From the NCBI RefSeq assembly GCF_964213995.1, contig NW_027590138.1:248001-312000 (forward strand): a DNA stretch of 64,000 nucleotides, read 5' to 3'. This stretch comes from Mustelus asterias. Taxonomy: Eukaryota. Below the pieces are notes generated by a model. The model ran no database searches, was not told the DNA's origin, and saw only the letters and a program-made list of their open reading frames with translations. Shown here piece by piece: positions 48,734-60,164 of the stretch; position 1 is the stretch's first letter; the number at the start of each line of letters is the position of its first letter. The position numbers were made by a program, and so were the translations under genes.

Positions 48734-49564
48734 ACATGGGCAACAGTGCTTTCAATAACCTAAAATGCATGGAGACAAATATGGTTTTTCCATCTCGTGT
48801 CTCAGCTTGTTCTGACTTCAAAGTTTGCAATTAATCGACCGACAAAATCCCCAAAGTTCCTATCCATTCCTCTCAATCATCAATTACATCATTCACATCT
48901 TCCAATTCTTAGCTTCACCTCTCTCAAATGTTCCAAACTCTTCTTACATCATTCACCTTTTTTTTGGTTCTTAATAATTGAGGGGGGGGGGGGGGGGACA
49001 TCTCTCTCAACATTTACACTGTCAAACTGTTTTCCAGTTTCAGACTTTTCAATAAGATCACTTCTGATTATTCTAAACTCCAGAGCGAACATTAAATCTC
49101 TCTCCTCCCAGGAGAAACGCAGAAATCAATCCAGTGAACCTCGGTTACATACAGACAGCGTACGAATGGAGAGAGCAAGGCGCAAAAGACGTCAACGTAA
49201 TAAAAACACAGTCAGAGACACTGACAGAGTCTGAGGGAGATATATAGAGACAATGAAAAACAGAAATAGCGAGTGGGGTGCACATCCACAACCCATGAAT
49301 GGATAACAATGTACACACAGCCAGCTGCCTGAACCAACAAACATGGGGTCCTCTAAACTGGTGAACAGAAATAAAGTGAATGGCCACAAGCATGTTAACC
49401 CTTTAATGTCTTGGTTTTCTTGTGTGAATGTTGTGTTGATAGATTACCTGCACTGTGTGTCCAGGTGCTCAAACCAAATCCCATGTAAACCAATCCCACC
49501 GTTTGCACTGCAAATACATTTATAAAACATATGATTTGTCCAATACGCAACAACAGCTGAATGA

Positions 49565-49650
49565 GGGCTCTGGCCCGGCATGTGACCCCAAGATCGCTCG
49601 CACGTTTGTGGATGTTAACACCCTCGGCCCGAAACATACACCTCGTCCAT
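49565..49650 (-). pseudogene. Intron-containing tRNA-Pro (AGG-like) pseudogene, 5' end lost
   Basis: Reverse complement: TGGACGAGGTGTATGTTTCGGGCCGAGGG[TGTTAACATCCACAAACG]TGCGAGCGATCTTGGGG...GAGCCC. Confidence 0.7.
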
Positions 49651-51627
49651 CGAAGTTGTTCATTGAAGATATTTCCATTGCCATCCAAAGCTGCTCAGCC
49701 TTCTGCAGAGAAAGGTGAAAATGCTGGAAAAACTCAGAAAGTCAGACAGCTTGTGTACACAGGAAAATAAATCTCATATTTTAGCTCCATGACATTTCAT
49801 TAACACTGGGAATGGTTAGAAATGTAGTAAGTTTTAAACAAGTGTTATCCAGCAGCATAACAAGGGGGGAGGCATCTGGCCGGGTGTAAATGAGGAGAGA
49901 TTAAATGAGGGAAACAAAGAATTTTAAAGTAATTACACCACAGAATGGGGATATTCCTAAGTCATTTAATGGACTCAGTTGTGTTGTGGATGAAGGGGAA
50001 CCTGTGGATGAAGGGGAACCTGTGGATGTAATGTACGCAGATTGCATTGGAGCCATAGTGATGAGTTGGTGGGTTTTGCAAAATTGAAAGTTGCACTTAG
50101 GAAGATAGAGTCAGGAGTAGAAGTGGCAAATTCAGCGCTTCGAGCCTGAACCGTCATGCAATCAGTTCATGACTGATCTCTCCCTGTTCTCAAATCCACC
50201 TCCCTACCTGTTCCAATATCCCCTCATCCCTTTTATTATCAGGAATATATCTGTCTCCTTCTTGAAACCATTTAAAGATTCAGAATCCACCGCGTTACGG
50301 GGCAATGCATTCCACAAATTCACGACTCTCTGCGAGAAGTCGTTCCTCCTCATCTCAGTTTTAAATCTACCGCCTCTCAACCTATATATTGGATCTGTTG
50401 TTCTCGATCGCCCCATAAGAAAAGAAACATCTCGCCTACGTTTACTCTTTTCAATCCTATTTAGAAGTTTATGTACCCTGATCACTTCAGCATCTTGTGG
50501 GACTATTTCACCTCACTGTCGATTTCATATCCCAGCAAACACAATCGGTGTTGTCATTATCTGAAGCAGTCACTTATGTTCGATCCATTCTGGACATATT
50601 AAGGGATATATAGTAAGTCATTTTGAAAAATACAGTTCACCCGTGACCCTGGGAGTCCAGTGGGTTGTATTCAGTACTCCCCAGTGTTGTTTGGTTTCAA
50701 TTCCCGCTCAGGAAACGATTATTTATCGCTCTCAGCAAACTATTAAAGAATAACCTGATTTACTAGCTGATCGAAAGCAGATCTACTATTACCAGTCGAG
50801 TGAGTTTTGCGAGTCTGCATTACTGGTGGAAATGTCACATGTGCAACAGGTCAAGAACAAGTATAGTCGCAGAAAGACACTGATAGGCTGCAAAGCGCTG
50901 ACGATAGAGATGGTGATGTAAGGTTACATTTGGATGGTAAATTGGTCAGATTTTAGCGTTTACACTGAATTATTAAACTTTTCCCTCACTCTGCAACGAA
51001 AATATTTGGAAAAGCTTCTGTCCAGTTTCGAACCGTCGGAAGCAAAAGCAATAACTGTGCGTCAAGTGCCTGTTGTTTGTTGTCCTTGACTGAATACATC
51101 ACTGTGGTGGAAATGGAAGGTGCCATTTTGCAAAAGAGACTTGCTTGTGATGAATGTGGTCTGGCGCAAAAATTAAAATAACAAAAGCAGCGTGGATAAG
51201 GAAAAATTGTATAACAGGCTGGTCTGGTGGTTAGAGTTTGACACTTCCACTGCTGTTTAGATTACAGGTCAGGAAATGAAGATCTGTTGCTCTCATCCAA
51301 GCCGTAAAAACAAATGTCTGTTATTGCTTGGTGGAACATATAAAACATAATCTTTCCTCGTGTCCTGAAGTGAAGACTGAGCAAATTCAACAGGAGGTTT
51401 TCATGTAATTTCTGGCAGGATATTGGGAACAAGACAAGGTTAAGGACAATTTAAATGATGCCGGTCCTTCACTGTTTCCGACTGGATGTGATTTCTGTTT
51501 GTTACACAGTTCAGGACGAATTGATTCAGTGAAGAAGCAGGCTCAAGCCAACTGATGGGCTTTCGCAGTTCCTTTGCTGCTAATGAATTTCAGTAACGTT
51601 TTCCGTAAAGGGCTGGATGTTTAACGT

Positions 51628-51708
51628 GGTCGCGAGGCGGAGCAGTTTAAACCAGTGGTTTACCACCCAGTGTATGTGCAGCTGTGAGTTCGAATCCAGC
51701 TGCTGCCA
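51628..51708 (+). pseudogene. tRNA-Leu pseudogene
   Basis: GGTCGCGAGGCGGAGCAGTTTAAA...GTGAGTTCGAATCCAGCTGCTGCCA. Inverted paralog of 10092-10172. Confidence 0.7.
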
Positions 51709-52655
51709 GAGTGGGTTTAAGTTTTGGTCTCTGCAGCTGAATTCCAGCAGTTCAGAATGAATGCAGTAATTTGAGCCGTGTCGATTTTGGCAGGAAGAAA
51801 CAGGAGAAACAGACCAATGTAAACAGTTGTTGAGGTAAAGGAGCGTGTGTGGAAGGAGTGGAGCAAATTAGTGCTGATGTTGGAATCGGAAACAAGAAGG
51901 GAAAATGCTGAAAAATCTCAGCAAGCCTGGCAGCATCTGTGAGGAGAGAAGAGCTGAAGTTTCGCATTGAGATCAGCCTTGGTCAAAACTGGGGAAGGAT
52001 TGGAGTTGCTCCGATAGAGAATACAAACGGGAACACAGGGTGAAAGGCTGTCTGCTGATATAAGTAACAGGATCGCAAACATTGAGTCTGCAGTCACGGC
52101 CCAGGGGATGGATTGGGATTTTCTAACTGAGGCTCAAATCCTGTCATGTCGCTTCCCGTCATTCCTCATTGTGACTTATTTTTATTGAAAGTAATTGAAA
52201 ATAAAGAGATGATCAACTGATTGCAAATCTCCCACATCAACGTCACTGAGAGTCTAGTGATCAGGATCGGCGTCGTGACGCGGTTTCAATTCCCACTCAC
52301 GGAGTGAATAACTTCTTGCTCAATTCTTCATTTAATGAAAACACGCCTCACAGGGTCTGTGAAGGGAGCAACATCTAATTCCTCCAGCTGGATGAACTTG
52401 CATCGGAGCTGGAAAAGTCAGAGATGTAACATTAACGATAAACTCTGAAGAAGAATCACATGACACGCACAACATTCATGTCAGATACACACACAGCACA
52501 CATGTCAAATCATGTCACTTTCAAGTTGTGTCTTTTAACTTCCTGCTCTCCACTTCAGACATTTCCACATTCATCAAAAATTCCGACCTCAAACCCCTTC
52601 CTGTTCCTCAATCCACTGATAATGCTACACATATTGCAGGCAGCCTCTAGTATTT

Positions 52656-52729
52656 GACTCCGTAGCTCAGTGGTTAGAGCACTGGTCTTGTAAACCAAGG
52701 GTCGCGAGTTCAATACCTCGCTAGAGCAT
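52656..52729 (+). pseudogene. tRNA-Thr(TGT) pseudogene
   Basis: GACTCCGTAGCTCAGTGGTTAGAGCACTGGTCTTGTAAACCAAGGGTCGCGAGTTCAATACCTCGCTAGAGCA. It has acceptor-stem mismatches and an extra T-loop base. Confidence 0.8.
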
Positions 52730-54424
52730 GCACGTAAGTTTCATCTGATCGAAGTTTTCGGGTAGAGGCAGACAACGGGGGAACATAACAGAGGGCTTTG
52801 ATAACTGGATGGCAGATCAGGTGCAACTTTTGCAGAGCGAATAGATATTCTCTTCTTCGTAAAAATAGAAAGAGCAGAACGTATTTGAAGAGCTGAAAAT
52901 GATACTGAGAATAGAATAGATGCGTTTGTACAAGGAATGCATAAAGTTAATACGTTGGTGCAGCAGATAATTGGAAGGGAAATGACATTTTGGTCTTTAT
53001 TGCCGGCAGACTGGAGTCCAAGAATAACGAGGTGTTGCTGCAGTTGCACAGGGTTTTGTTGAGACCACATGTTGAATATTCTGTGCAAATATGATAGTCA
53101 CATTAAAAAAAAGATATGTTTGCATTGGAAACTGTAAAGAGAAGGTTCACCAGATTGCTCCCTGGGGTGAGGGAGTTATCCTCTGATGAGAGGCTGAGTA
53201 AATTGTGCTGCAATTCTCTGGAGTTTCGAAGAATAAGAGGCGATCTCATTAAACCTGCACAACTCTGATTAGGTTTGATAGGATGGAGGCTGTGAGATTT
53301 TTTTCTGCTGGTCGGGGAATCTAACCCAGTGCGGCCCAGATAAGAGGCTGATCATTTAGGGCTATGATAAGGAAATATTCCTTCACTCAAAGGGCTGAGA
53401 ATCTTTTACATTCTCTGTACATGACAGTTAAGTATGCCCCACCATCGAGCACATTTAATTCTGGGAAACAGGTATCTAGCCCCTTGGGGAATTCAGGGAT
53501 CTGGGGAGCTGGTGGAAAAACTAAGTTGCAGCCCAAGATCAGCCATGATGGTATTGAGTGGTGGAAGAATCTCGATGGACCGAGTGGTCTGCTCCTCCTC
53601 CTATGATTCATGTCAGAATAAAAACAGAAAGTACTGGAAGTTCTCAGCAGGGCTTGCAACAAATGTGAAACAAGGCATAGAGTTAAGGTTCTGAGTCCAA
53701 CATGACTCTTTTCAAACCAGTAACTGAGTTTGAATTATAACAATTAGCAAAACATCGAGACTAGGAATTGAATTGGATCCAGGCAGCGAAAGCCCTGAGT
53801 TTAAACTGCTGCATTATTTCTGTTGGAAAATTGTTCAGAAAAGTGTGCTGCCAACTGAACGGGTGGAGGTTTGAGAGCACCCCGAGACAAAAAACTTATT
53901 GATGTTTCTCCTTATATTCCCGACGTAGAAACACTTTGTGTCTTTCTGCAACAGGGAAATAGTGTCCAAACCTTGCCAATCTTGATGTTATTCAGTAAAT
54001 TGTCATACAAATCGATCTATGAATATTCATTTAAAATAAAACGAGATACATTGGATCATGCTGCTGTACTTTTCCAACCTATTAGAAATATGGGTTTACA
54101 GTAGCTGATAGAAATTGATGCTGCGGTTGCAGATATAGAACTGGAACCCACCATCACAACGAGTGATTCCACTGTCTGTTTAAATGTTGATCAGTGAAAA
54201 TTTCAATCATTCTCTTCTGTGTCACTACGGATAGTGAGTCAATAAGCAATATTCACTCAACAAAGCCCGAATCAGTCAATCTTTCTCGCAACTTTCAAAC
54301 ATGTTGTTATTCTCTGTACCAATTGCCATTGAGGTATACGAGTAAGTGAATGCAGTTGGTGATGGCAAAAATGAGCTTACCCTCTCGGGGAACACAATCA
54401 CATTGATGCACACACAAGGTAGCA

Positions 54425-57140
54425 ATGGATTCCAAAGGTATGAATTCATGAAAAGAAAAAGGAAATCATGTCTGACTAATGTATTAGATTTCTTCGAGAG
54501 GTCCCTCCCAGAGTGGATAGAAGGGGACCAGGGGATGTATTGTTTTTGGACTTCCAGAAGGTGTTCAACAAGGTACCTCACAAAACGTTAACTCGTAACA
54601 TAAGAGCCCATGATGTTGGGGGTAGTATATTTGTCGGTAGAGAATTGGCTGATGGCAGGAAGCAGCAATTTAGGATAAAGGGTTTTCAGTTTGGCGACGT
54701 GTAACCGTAGGCTTCCAGCGGGATTAATATTGGGATCACAACTGTTTACAATAAATGTTAATGACTTGGAGGGAGGAAGCAAATATATCGTAGAAAAAAT
54801 TTCAGACACAAAAATAGGTGGAAAGGCAAATTGCGACAGGGATAGAAACAGTTGATATCGAGATTGTGATAGGTTATCTAAGTAGTCGAAAAGTTGGAAA
54901 ATAAAATTTATTACGGGGAAATCTGAAGGTGTTCAATTTGGATGGGAGAACAAACGAACAGAGTGCTATGCAAATAGGGTAACTGGATAACACTACCACA
55001 CAAAGTGACTTAGGGGTACTTGTCCATGAAACACAGAAAGTTAGCAGACATGTGCAGCAATAATCAAGAAGGACAATGGGATGTTGATTTTTATTTCAAG
55101 GGTGTTGGAGTATAAGAGTAGGGAAGTTTTGCTGCAGCTGTACATGGTATTGGTGAGACCACATCTGGAGTTCCGTCAGCAGCTTTGGTCCCCTTATTTA
55201 AAGACATATATTTTTTCATTGCAGGTAGTTCAGGGAAGGTTCACAAGGCTGATCCCGAGTATGGAGGGATTGTTTTATGAGGAAATATTAAACAGGTTGG
55301 GACACTACTCATTGGAATTTAGAGAAATGACATGTGTCCTCATTGAAACATAGGATTATTGAAGGTCTTGAGAGCCTAAATGCTGAGAAGATGTTTCCGC
55401 TCGTGGGAGAGTCCAGGGAGAGAGGGCATAGTTTCAGAATAAACGAGTGGTAATTTATGAGTGAGATTATTTGTTCTGTTAGGTTCAACACCCTGACATA
55501 TTCCATAGTAAGAAGTCTCACAGGTTAAAGACCAACAGGTTTATTTGAAATCACGAGCTTTCAGAGTGCTGTTCCCTCATCAGGCGAGTCACCTGTTGGA
55601 ATTTACCCTGCTGTTGTGAGACTTCTTAACGTGTCCACACAAATTCAACGCCAGCATCTCCACATCACAGATCCTCCGTAGTGCATAGACACTTAGAAAC
55701 GAGAGGCAAGTGTAGGCCATTCGGTCCTTTTAACCTGCTCCGCCATTCATTTTGATCATAGTTGATTATCAAATTCAAAATCCTGATCCTGCCCTCCATC
55801 TATATCCCTTGATCCCTTTAGCCTAAAGAGCGACATCTAGTTTCTTCATAAAATCACACAACGTTTTGGCCTCAACTACTTTCCTGTGGTAGTGAATTCC
55901 ATACATTCACCACTCTCTGGGTGAAGAAATCTCTGCTCACCTCAGTCCCAAAAGGTTTAACCCTTACCCTCAAACTGCGACACTTAGTTCTGGACTCCCC
56001 CATCATCGGGAAAATTCTTTCAGAATCTATTCTGTCTAATCCTAGAGAGGGAGCACAGCAAAGGTTTAACAGGCTGATTCCTGGGATGGCAGGTTTATCA
56101 TATGAAGAGAGACTAAATCCGTTAGGATTGTATTCATAGAATCATTGAAATCATAGAAACCCTACAGTGCAGAAGGAGGCCATTCGGCCCATCGAGTCTG
56201 CACCGACCACAATCCCACGCAGGCCCTACCCCCACATATTTTACCCGCTATTCCCTCTAACCTACGCATCCCAGGACTCTAAGGGGCAATTTCTTTTTAA
56301 CCTGGCCAATCAACCTAACCCGCACATCTTTGGACTTTTCACTGGAGTTTAGAAGAGTTGGAGGGGATCTCATATAAACTTATAAAATTCTAACAGGGTT
56401 AGGCAGGGTAGATTCAGGAAGTATGCTCCCAGTGATGGGGGAGTCCAGAAATAGGGGTCATAGTTTGAGGAAAAAGGGTAAGCCTGTTAGAACTGAGGTG
56501 GGAAGAAATGTCTTCACTCAGAAAGTGGTGAATGTATAGAATTCACTACCACAGAATGTATTTGAGGCCAAAACGTTTTCTGATTTCAAGAAGAAATTAG
56601 ATATAGCTCTTGGGACTAAAGGGATCAAAGCGTACGAGAGGAAGGGGGAATCAGCATATTAAGTTTGATGATCAACCATGATCAAAATGAATGGCGGAGC
56701 AGGCTCGATGGGCCGAATAGCTTATTCCTGCTTCTAGCTTCTATGCGTCTATGTAATCCTCTTAGAATTGTATCAGTTTCAATGAGATCTCCTCTCACTC
56801 TTTCGAACTCCAATGAACATGATCCTAACTGATTTATTCTCTTCTGAAATGACAAACCTAACATCCCAAGCAACAGCCTGGTAAACCTTCTCTGCACTCC
56901 CTCTATAGCAAGGACGTCCTTTCCAGTATAAGCACGTCAACGCTACACACAATACTCCAGGTGTGGCCCCAACAATGCCCGATAGAATTGCAGCAAAACA
57001 TCCCTATTCTTATACTCAAATGCTCTTGCTATGAAGGCTAGCATATCATTTTTCTTCTTTACTGCCTGCTGTAACTGCACGTTTACTTTCAGCGACTGAC
57101 GCACGAGGACACCAGGCTCTCGCTGAGTATCCATCTCGCT
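54425..57140. mobile_element. Nest of CR1 fragments on both strands, with SINE and Penelope pieces
   Basis: ORFs 54513 (FLDFQKVFNKVPH), 55081, 55921, 56682 and 56943 are CR1 RT fragments. Confidence 0.8.
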
Positions 57141-57324
57141 CATGCTTTATCACTTTGGAGGGATTACAAACTGCAAGCCCTAATGTTGAGAACAAAGTTT
57201 AGTAAAACTACCAAGATTACCGAGTTAACGATTAGCAAAGTCCTGATCTCCGACACAGCTGTGTATTTCAGCACCATGAGTCCCCACACTGCTCCAGAGA
57301 TGTCGCGGGTCCCTGTCAAAATCC
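57141..57324 (+). pseudogene. TCR V-segment pseudogene (3' part plus degenerate RSS), 5'-truncated by CR1 sequence
   Basis: The frame from 57201 reads SKTTKITELTISKVLISDTAVYFSTMSP, i.e. FR3 with the second Cys codon changed to AGC. It is followed by CACACTG (57285-57291), a 23-24 nt spacer and nonamer-like TCAAAATCC (57316-57324). Confidence 0.72.
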
Positions 57325-58620
57325 CACAGCGACAATTCCAGTAACTACGCAGCAGAGGGTGCTCTCACACTGGTGAAGAGCAGCAATAATTCACTCAGCG
57401 GCGTGAGAGCCAGAGAGATATTTCTCAACCTGCAAATAATACAAAGCACAACAATAGATCGCGAGATCCACTCGTAGAACTATATTACTTTACGATTTAA
57501 ATTCGCAACATATTAAAAGTAGACTCCACAAGTACATCTGTGGAGCCTTAATTGGTTAGATGTTAATTGTCCTTGTTCCTTTCAATTTATTTTCCCACTT
57601 TGTTCCTTCCCACCTCCAGTTTCCACTTTTCACCCGTAATTGCTTTACTTTCTTCCAGTATTTAGTTTAACATTTCGAAACCTAATTTTCTGCTCGGCAT
57701 CTTAAATCAGTCCGGCAAAACTCCACTGAGCCACAAAAGGAAACTGTCAGGCGAGGCCAATGAATAATCAAAGATTCTCCCCCCTTCTGTCCATCGCCAT
57801 CGGAACACTTCTCCGAATAGGCACCTGTGGGCGGCCCGGTGGCACTGCTGCCTCACAGCGCCAGAGCCTCTAGTTACTGCCTGTGTGGAGTTTGCACGTT
57901 CTCGTCTGGGTGCTCCGGTTTCCTCCTACAGTTCAAAGTTAGGATGATTGGCCATGCTAAATAGCCCCTTAGTGTTAGGAGGACTTGTAGGATAAATAGA
58001 TGGGGTTATGGGGAAATGGTCTCTGTGGGATTGCGGAGGGTGCAGACTTGATGGGCCAAATAGCCTCTTCTGCACTGTGTGCACTGATAATTTAAATGCT
58101 TGAACCCAATTTGCTTCAATGTTTTGAAGAAGATAAAGTGGTCAATAATCATTACAAAACATCCGCATGTAGAAAGATTGGAGCCTGATATTGGTCAGAG
58201 GCCAGAGCGAGTGAGAGAAGGTGTGTCTGATGTGGGAAAGGATGTGAAAATATGAATGTAAACCCAACATTGAGAGCTGCTTTCTGAATTATTACACTGC
58301 AGTCATTTCAAGTATTTTCATTTCTTTTATGAATGGAAGTGACACTGAAAGGTTTTCCTCGCCGGCTGGTATTGAATTGTCAGTCATGAGGATAAGCTTT
58401 ACATATCCTCTGGGGACTGTAAATCGGCTGCCTGAACTTCGCTCTCGTGTTTTGAACACATGATTGCTGAGTTACTGGAAGCGCTGACATTATTATCTCT
58501 GAAACAAATCGCAAACTCCGATGGTCGTGGCACATTGAATATACGATAAGTAACCCGATTGAAGTTAATAATTTTAAACAGAAATGCCATTGAGAGAAAT
58601 CCTGCGTACAATAGTGGAAA

Positions 58621-58963
58621 TAGATGGACGTAGGGAAGTTGTTTCCATTAACAGGGGAGACTAGGACGCGGGGGCACAGCCTTAGAATAAAAGGGAGTCA
58701 CTTTAGAACAGAGATGAGGAGAAATTTCTTCAGCCAGAGAGTGGTGGGTCTGTGGAATTCATTGCCACAGAGGGCTGTGGAGGCCGAGACGTTGAGCGTC
58801 TTCAAGACAGAAATTGATAAATTCTTGATTTCTCGAGGAATTAAGGGCTATGGGGAGAGAGCGGGTAAATGGAGTTGAAATCAACCATGATTGAATGGTG
58901 GAGTGGACTCGATGGGCCGAATGGCCTTACTTCCGCTCCTATGTCTTATGGTCTTATGGTCTT
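58621..58963 (+). mobile_element. Young CR1 3' fragment, same subfamily as 31250-32078
   Basis: The 84-aa peptide is identical except for one residue, and the (GTCTTATG)n tail is the same. Confidence 0.92.
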
Positions 58964-59484
58964 AAATGTTTATACTTCAAGATCGTTCCATTGAATGTAC
59001 AGTGACAGCCAGTACCTTTTCTCCAAAGCGGCAGGTATATTTTTTAAGCATCGTCACAAACACATGTTCCTTCATTTGAACTATAGTGGGAAGGATTCCA
59101 TAACTGGTTATCCGACCGCTGAACGGCGGCATAACCGCTCCTTCCTTCACCAACAGATCCTCGCTTTAGCCTTGAATTGGGAGTTTCTCTTCAAACGGCA
59201 GGGACGCTGGCAATGTGGTGAGTCAATCAGCCACTCCGACATAAAATGCAATAATTGTTCAATAATTGCCTCAGTGCTTCATGGGGAAAATCTCGCAGTC
59301 ATGGCTGAGCCACTCCCCCGATGGTAAGGCTTAAACGGACTGATCCTGAATGAACCAAATCCTGGAGCAAGCCTGAGTTTGACGGCCACAATGATCAGAA
59401 TCGGGTTTAAATGTCACCATCTGCTGTGTAAAACTGAAATATTCCTCCCATAAAGCACTGACTGTGACCCGGCTCTGAGCGTTT

Positions 59485-59610
59485 CCAATCATTGGCAGTC
59501 AGCCAAAGGCAGCCAGCTCACCAGCCTGCCTATTCTCAATGTCACTGGGAACATCAGGAAGTGAAGTGAAAACATCCTGAGACCCACAGCAGATTACTGA
59601 GGGCGGGGTT
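59485..59610 (+). promoter_or_regulatory. Candidate V-segment promoter
   Basis: CCAATCATTGG (59485-59495), ETS-like CAGGAAGTG followed by AAGTGAAA (from 59555) and GC box GGGCGGGG (59601), all within ~180 bp upstream of the leader ATG. These are motif matches only. Confidence 0.4.
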
Positions 59611-59665
59611 TAGAACGGGTGTCTTCAAAATCCCCAACTCCTCTTCGACAGAGCGGACAGAGACA

Positions 59666-60125
59666 ATGCGGCTGCTCAGCATCTGGGTTGTGTGGGCAAT
59701 ATTTCTGACAGGTAAATGTGGACCAAACACATTTCAACTTTTTTGTTACATTTTTGAAACATGGTGTAAAACGAAATTTTCAACAGTCGCCGGTCAGATC
59801 TTTTTATATTTGTTTTTTCAGATCTGATTCATGGAGATTCTGTCACTCAGTCGCCGTCCTCAGATGTTAGGACAGAAGAAGCGGTGACTTTAAATTGTAA
59901 ATATGATACTGAAGCGAACAACTACGATCTATCCTGGTACCGGCAGCACCCGGACTCACAGCCTCAGTTTATACTTTCGAAATACTCTCGCGGCGCTGAA
60001 GACAAAGCCGATTTTGCCAAAATCCGTTTCTCTGTTGAGCTCCAGACGGAGAATAAATTCAGCAGTTTAACCATCTCGGGTCTGAAGCTGGCTGACGCCG
60101 CCGTATATTACTGCGCTTTCAGACT
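59666..60125 (+). CDS. T-cell receptor alpha/delta-type variable gene segment: leader exon 59666-59711, intron 59712-59821, V exon 59822-60125; apparently functional
   Basis: The 46-nt leader exon MRLLSIWVVWAIFLT ends G|GTAAAT. A 110-nt intron ends TTTTTTCAG. The V exon is in frame: DLIHG-DSVTQSPSSDVRTEEAVTLNC...LSWYRQHPDSQPQFIL...RFSVEL...SLTISGLKLADAAVYYCAFR, with the conserved Cys, Trp and DxAxYYC motifs of an Ig V domain and no stops. An RSS follows immediately. TRAV versus TRDV cannot be resolved by eye. Confidence 0.93.
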
Positions 60126-60164
60126 CACAGTGACAGAAAACAAGCTCAGCCCTGTACAAAAACT
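60126..60164 (+). promoter_or_regulatory. 23-bp-spacer recombination signal sequence (RSS)
   Basis: Heptamer CACAGTG (60126-60132), a 23-nt spacer, then nonamer ACAAAAACT (60156-60164; consensus ACAAAAACC). Confidence 0.95.

Larger units (their letters stand above)
47785..54420 (-). repeat. Multi-tRNA cassette, inverted copy C with an internal deletion between Lys and Asn
   Basis: Reverse complement of the A/B order Thr-Glu-Leu-Pro-Lys, joined directly to the Asn 5' half and Cys. ORF 50204(-) matches 20291(+) and ORF 53387(-) matches 7605(+). Confidence 0.88.

Noticed and set aside
59666-60164. NAR-TCR supporting V-delta or an Ig VH/NAR V
   Set aside because: It has its own leader exon (supporting V-deltas lack one), no extra Cys, and TCR-like motifs (WYRQ, YYCAFR). 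No NAR V is visible in the window.
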